This document shows, in pieces, positions 61,419-64,000 of a stretch of DNA of 64,000 bases. Source of the stretch: an uncultured delta proteobacterium (lineage in GTDB: Bacteria > Desulfobacterota > Binatia > Binatales > Binataceae). A program made the translations under genes and the position numbers. Numbering within the stretch: position 1 is the first letter of the stretch; each line of letters starts with the position of its first letter. Location: NCBI GenBank assembly GCA_963724765.1, contig CAVRVY010000004.1:896001-960000 (forward strand), read 5' to 3'. Under the pieces are notes generated by a model that was not told where the DNA came from, searched no databases, and worked only from the letters and a program-made list of their open reading frames with translations.

Positions 61419-63143
61419 TTACAGCGGACGGCAGATGAGGTTGAGCACGGCCTGGCGGTGCTCTTCGCGCACCGCGCGGAGGGCGCGTTCCAGCGCCGTC
61501 GGCAGTTCCCTCGGATCGCGTACCGCCTCGCCGTAACCGCCGTAGGCCTGCGCGAACATCTCGTACGCCGGCTGTATCCCAAAGCGCACGAACGGCATTT
61601 CACCGGTGCGCATCGACCATCCTTCCGGATGCACGTCCTGGACGGCGCGATGCACCGCACCCCATCCGCCGTTGTTCGCGATGATCGTCAAGATCGGCAG
61701 GCCTAGCGCTGCCGAGGCCAGATGGCACGCACTCGGCACGCTGAAGATGTAGCTGCCGTCACCGACTACCGCGACCACCGTCTTGTCCGGTGCGCCCAGC
61801 TTGGCGCCCAGCGCCGCACCAACGCCCCATCCGAGATGACCCGCGGTGGAGTGGCCGAACTGTGCGCCGGGGCGGTCGAGCGTGATGTGGCGCAGGCTCA
61901 GATCGTACTCGTTGATGAAAACTGTCTGGTCGTCGCGCACGCGGTCCAGACAGTGGGCGAGCCATGGGAGCGTGACGTGCTCGTGCTTCGCGGCCGCCTC
62001 GATCTCCGCCTGCGCCGCCGCAATCAGGCGTCGATGCTGCTCGGCGATCCTCGCCGCGCGACCCTCGATCGCACCCTGATGGGCGGTGCGCATCGGGGCC
62101 AGCGCCTCGGTCAGCATCGGCAGCGCCACGGCTGAATCGGCTTGCAGCGCGAGATCGGACGGAAATCCCCAGATCGGGTAGCGATCGTAAATCGGGTTGA
62201 CACCGAGATGAACGATCTTCGCGCCGGCGCCGGGACTGCGCAGATGCGGAATCCACGGAACGTCGGTATCGATCACGACGATGAGATCGGCGTCGTCCAG
62301 GTAGGGCGCGGGATCATAGCCGAGATGCAGCGGATGATTGTTGGGAAAGTTGACATATGCGGGATTGGGATGCTCGACCACCGGCAGCGCGAACGACTCG
62401 GCTAGCGCGACCAGACTCGCGACCGCCGCCGTATTGCGCCCCAGCATGCGCGTGATGATGAGCGGCCGCTCGGCCGAGGCAATCAACCGCGCCATCGCGG
62501 CCAGCGCCTGGGGCGACGGCGCCGGCGGCATCACCGGCGCCTCGAGTCCCTTGGGCGAGTAGCTGAATTCGCGATGCGTCTCGGCCAGCACCTCGCGCGG
62601 CAGACTCAGATAGACCGGACCACGCGGCTCCGCCATCGCGACCGCAAACGCCCGGCGCATCACGGTCTCGAGTTGTGCGAAGTTGCGCAGTTCGTAATCC
62701 CACTTGACGAACTCGCGCACTATCGAGCCCTGGTCGAACGACTCCTGGCCCCAATGGATCAGCGTGTCGCGGCTGCCCGGCATCCCGGCCTCGGTAAGCG
62801 GCGTGCGGCCAGCGCACAGCAGCATCGGCACGTTGGAGCGAAACGCATTCATGAGCGCGCCGAGCGCGTTGGCCGTGCCGGGCGTGGTATGGACCATTGC
62901 CACTGCCGGCTCACCGGTGACCAGGTAGTAGCCGTGCGCCATGCTGACGGCGCAGCACTCGTGCGCGACCATCAGCGCGCGCGGCGCGGACTTGCCATCG
63001 ACGGTGCGCCTGGAAAACGCGTCGATGATCGAGGCGAAGTCCGTGCCTGCATTGCCGATCAGGTACCGCGCGCCCAGCGCCTCGAGCATTTCGAGGAAGG
63101 CCTGCGCGGTATTCTCGACCGCGACCGTCTTGCGTGTGCTCAT
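61419..63143 (-). CDS. Thiamine-diphosphate-dependent enzyme (ALS/benzoylformate-decarboxylase-like)
   Basis: NAGTDF, HE..AVSMAHGY and the TPP motif GDGSY...NNGGW. Confidence 0.88.
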   Translation of the reverse strand: MSTRKTVAVENTAQAFLEMLEALGARYLIGNAGTDFASIIDAFSRRTVDGKSAPRALMVAHECCAVSMAHGYYLVTGEPAVAMVHTTPGTANALGALMNAFRSNVPMLLCAGRTPLTEAGMPGSRDTLIHWGQESFDQGSIVREFVKWDYELRNFAQLETVMRRAFAVAMAEPRGPVYLSLPREVLAETHREFSYSPKGLEAPVMPPAPSPQALAAMARLIASAERPLIITRMLGRNTAAVASLVALAESFALPVVEHPNPAYVNFPNNHPLHLGYDPAPYLDDADLIVVIDTDVPWIPHLRSPGAGAKIVHLGVNPIYDRYPIWGFPSDLALQADSAVALPMLTEALAPMRTAHQGAIEGRAARIAEQHRRLIAAAQAEIEAAAKHEHVTLPWLAHCLDRVRDDQTVFINEYDLSLRHITLDRPGAQFGHSTAGHLGWGVGAALGAKLGAPDKTVVAVVGDGSYIFSVPSACHLASAALGLPILTIIANNGGWGAVHRAVQDVHPEGWSMRTGEMPFVRFGIQPAYEMFAQAYGGYGEAVRDPRELPTALERALRAVREEHRQAVLNLICRPL

Positions 63144-63296
63144 CGTGGGTCGCCTGCGTCCCCCGGTATTCGATAGCGCGTCCCGCGCCGGGAAAAAAGC
63201 ATACCCCGGCGCGGCCGTGCTTGCGACCATTGGCGGCCAGTAGCCTTCAATGCGATGTAGCTTTCGATGCGCATGGCTTTCGATAGAAAATGCGCT

Positions 63297-64000
63297 ATGA
63301 GGCGGCGCATCACGGTCCCTCCGCGCGGCTCTCGCGATGCGCGCGCCCGCGCGCGCGCATCCCTGATGGCGCTCGCTCTCGCGGCGGCCTGCATGTTCTG
63401 CCCCGCCGCCCCTGCCCTCGCCAATTCTTTCGGGGCGGTTTGGCGAGTAATCGTGCTCAAGGGCGCGGCGATGCCATCGCTCGTCGGCAGCCCTGAGAGC
63501 CATCTGGAGGTGCTCGCGTTACATGACGGACGCCTGTCGCCGATTCCCTTCCAGATCGATGAAGTCCTGCCCGATGGCCACTACGCGCTGCCCGACGGAC
63601 CCGAGCCGCTCGCCGACGACAGCCCCGGAATTCTCGACCGCGACGATGAAGTCGCGATGATGCTCTCCGACCTGGGCGATCGCGCATCGCCGCCGCTGCG
63701 CGCGCTTCCTGCGGACGCGCTCGAGATCGAAACGCTCGACGCCACAAGCGGAGCGCGTCGCTATGCCTATATCGCGGCCGTGCGGTTGCCGCGTCTCAGC
63801 CACATCTCCTACGTCAACTACGATCCGGCCAACAGCAGTATCGAGGGCGGCAGTTACCGGATGACGTTTCGCGGCGATTTTCCGGTCGGACTCGCGCTCA
63901 AGGACGGCCGCGGCAGTGTCTCGCCGAATCTCATCGAGGGTTCGCAAGTGCGGGTGACGGCGCGGGTGCTGATGCTGTTTAATTTGAGGCTCAGCGCCAA
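63297..64000 (+). CDS. Secreted hypothetical protein (runs off the window)
   Basis: Not in the ORF track. Open frame MRRRITV...ALA-NS with PIPFQIDE and LDRDDE motifs and no stop before the window end. Confidence 0.65.
   Translation, partial: MRRRITVPPRGSRDARARARASLMALALAAACMFCPAAPALANSFGAVWRVIVLKGAAMPSLVGSPESHLEVLALHDGRLSPIPFQIDEVLPDGHYALPDGPEPLADDSPGILDRDDEVAMMLSDLGDRASPPLRALPADALEIETLDATSGARRYAYIAAVRLPRLSHISYVNYDPANSSIEGGSYRMTFRGDFPVGLALKDGRGSVSPNLIEGSQVRVTARVLMLFNLRLSA

Overview
GC-rich bacterial chromosome segment. Gene content and protein style suggest a soil Deltaproteobacteria/Binatia-like organism, which is inference only. The left arm (1-18906) is core-like: an MltD-like lipoprotein, an NtrB/NtrC-type pair, thiE, several oxidoreductases, hppA, then tig-clpP-clpX-lon-HU and tRNA-Val(TAC). 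From the tRNA to about 54.5 kb lies an accessory region. It opens with a 1.9-kb integrase-less element closed by a degenerate copy of the tRNA 3' half. It then carries a stress/dormancy gene set: 2 USPs, CsbD, a CBS protein, S2P-CBS, hydrolase-PRT, PIMT-erythromycin esterase, a hemerythrin-like protein, OsmC, GlgX, an acyl-CoA ligase-ACP-acyltransferase fusion and MacAB. It also holds an orphan sigma54 activator, a CHASE3 + 4x FixL-like PAS kinase cascade and many gene remnants. The main observation is nine correctly spaced sigma54 -24/-12 motifs between 27.4 and 44.9 kb, eight of them pointing at a downstream gene. Several gene families in this region match the mycobacterial DosR regulon, which suggests a sigma54-wired hypoxia/dormancy module. 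The right arm (55-64 kb) encodes a PhyH-family dioxygenase, a pyruvoyl arginine decarboxylase, an amidase, pcaB, pcaG, pcaH and a TPP enzyme. All calls come from motif reading by eye; no database searches were run.
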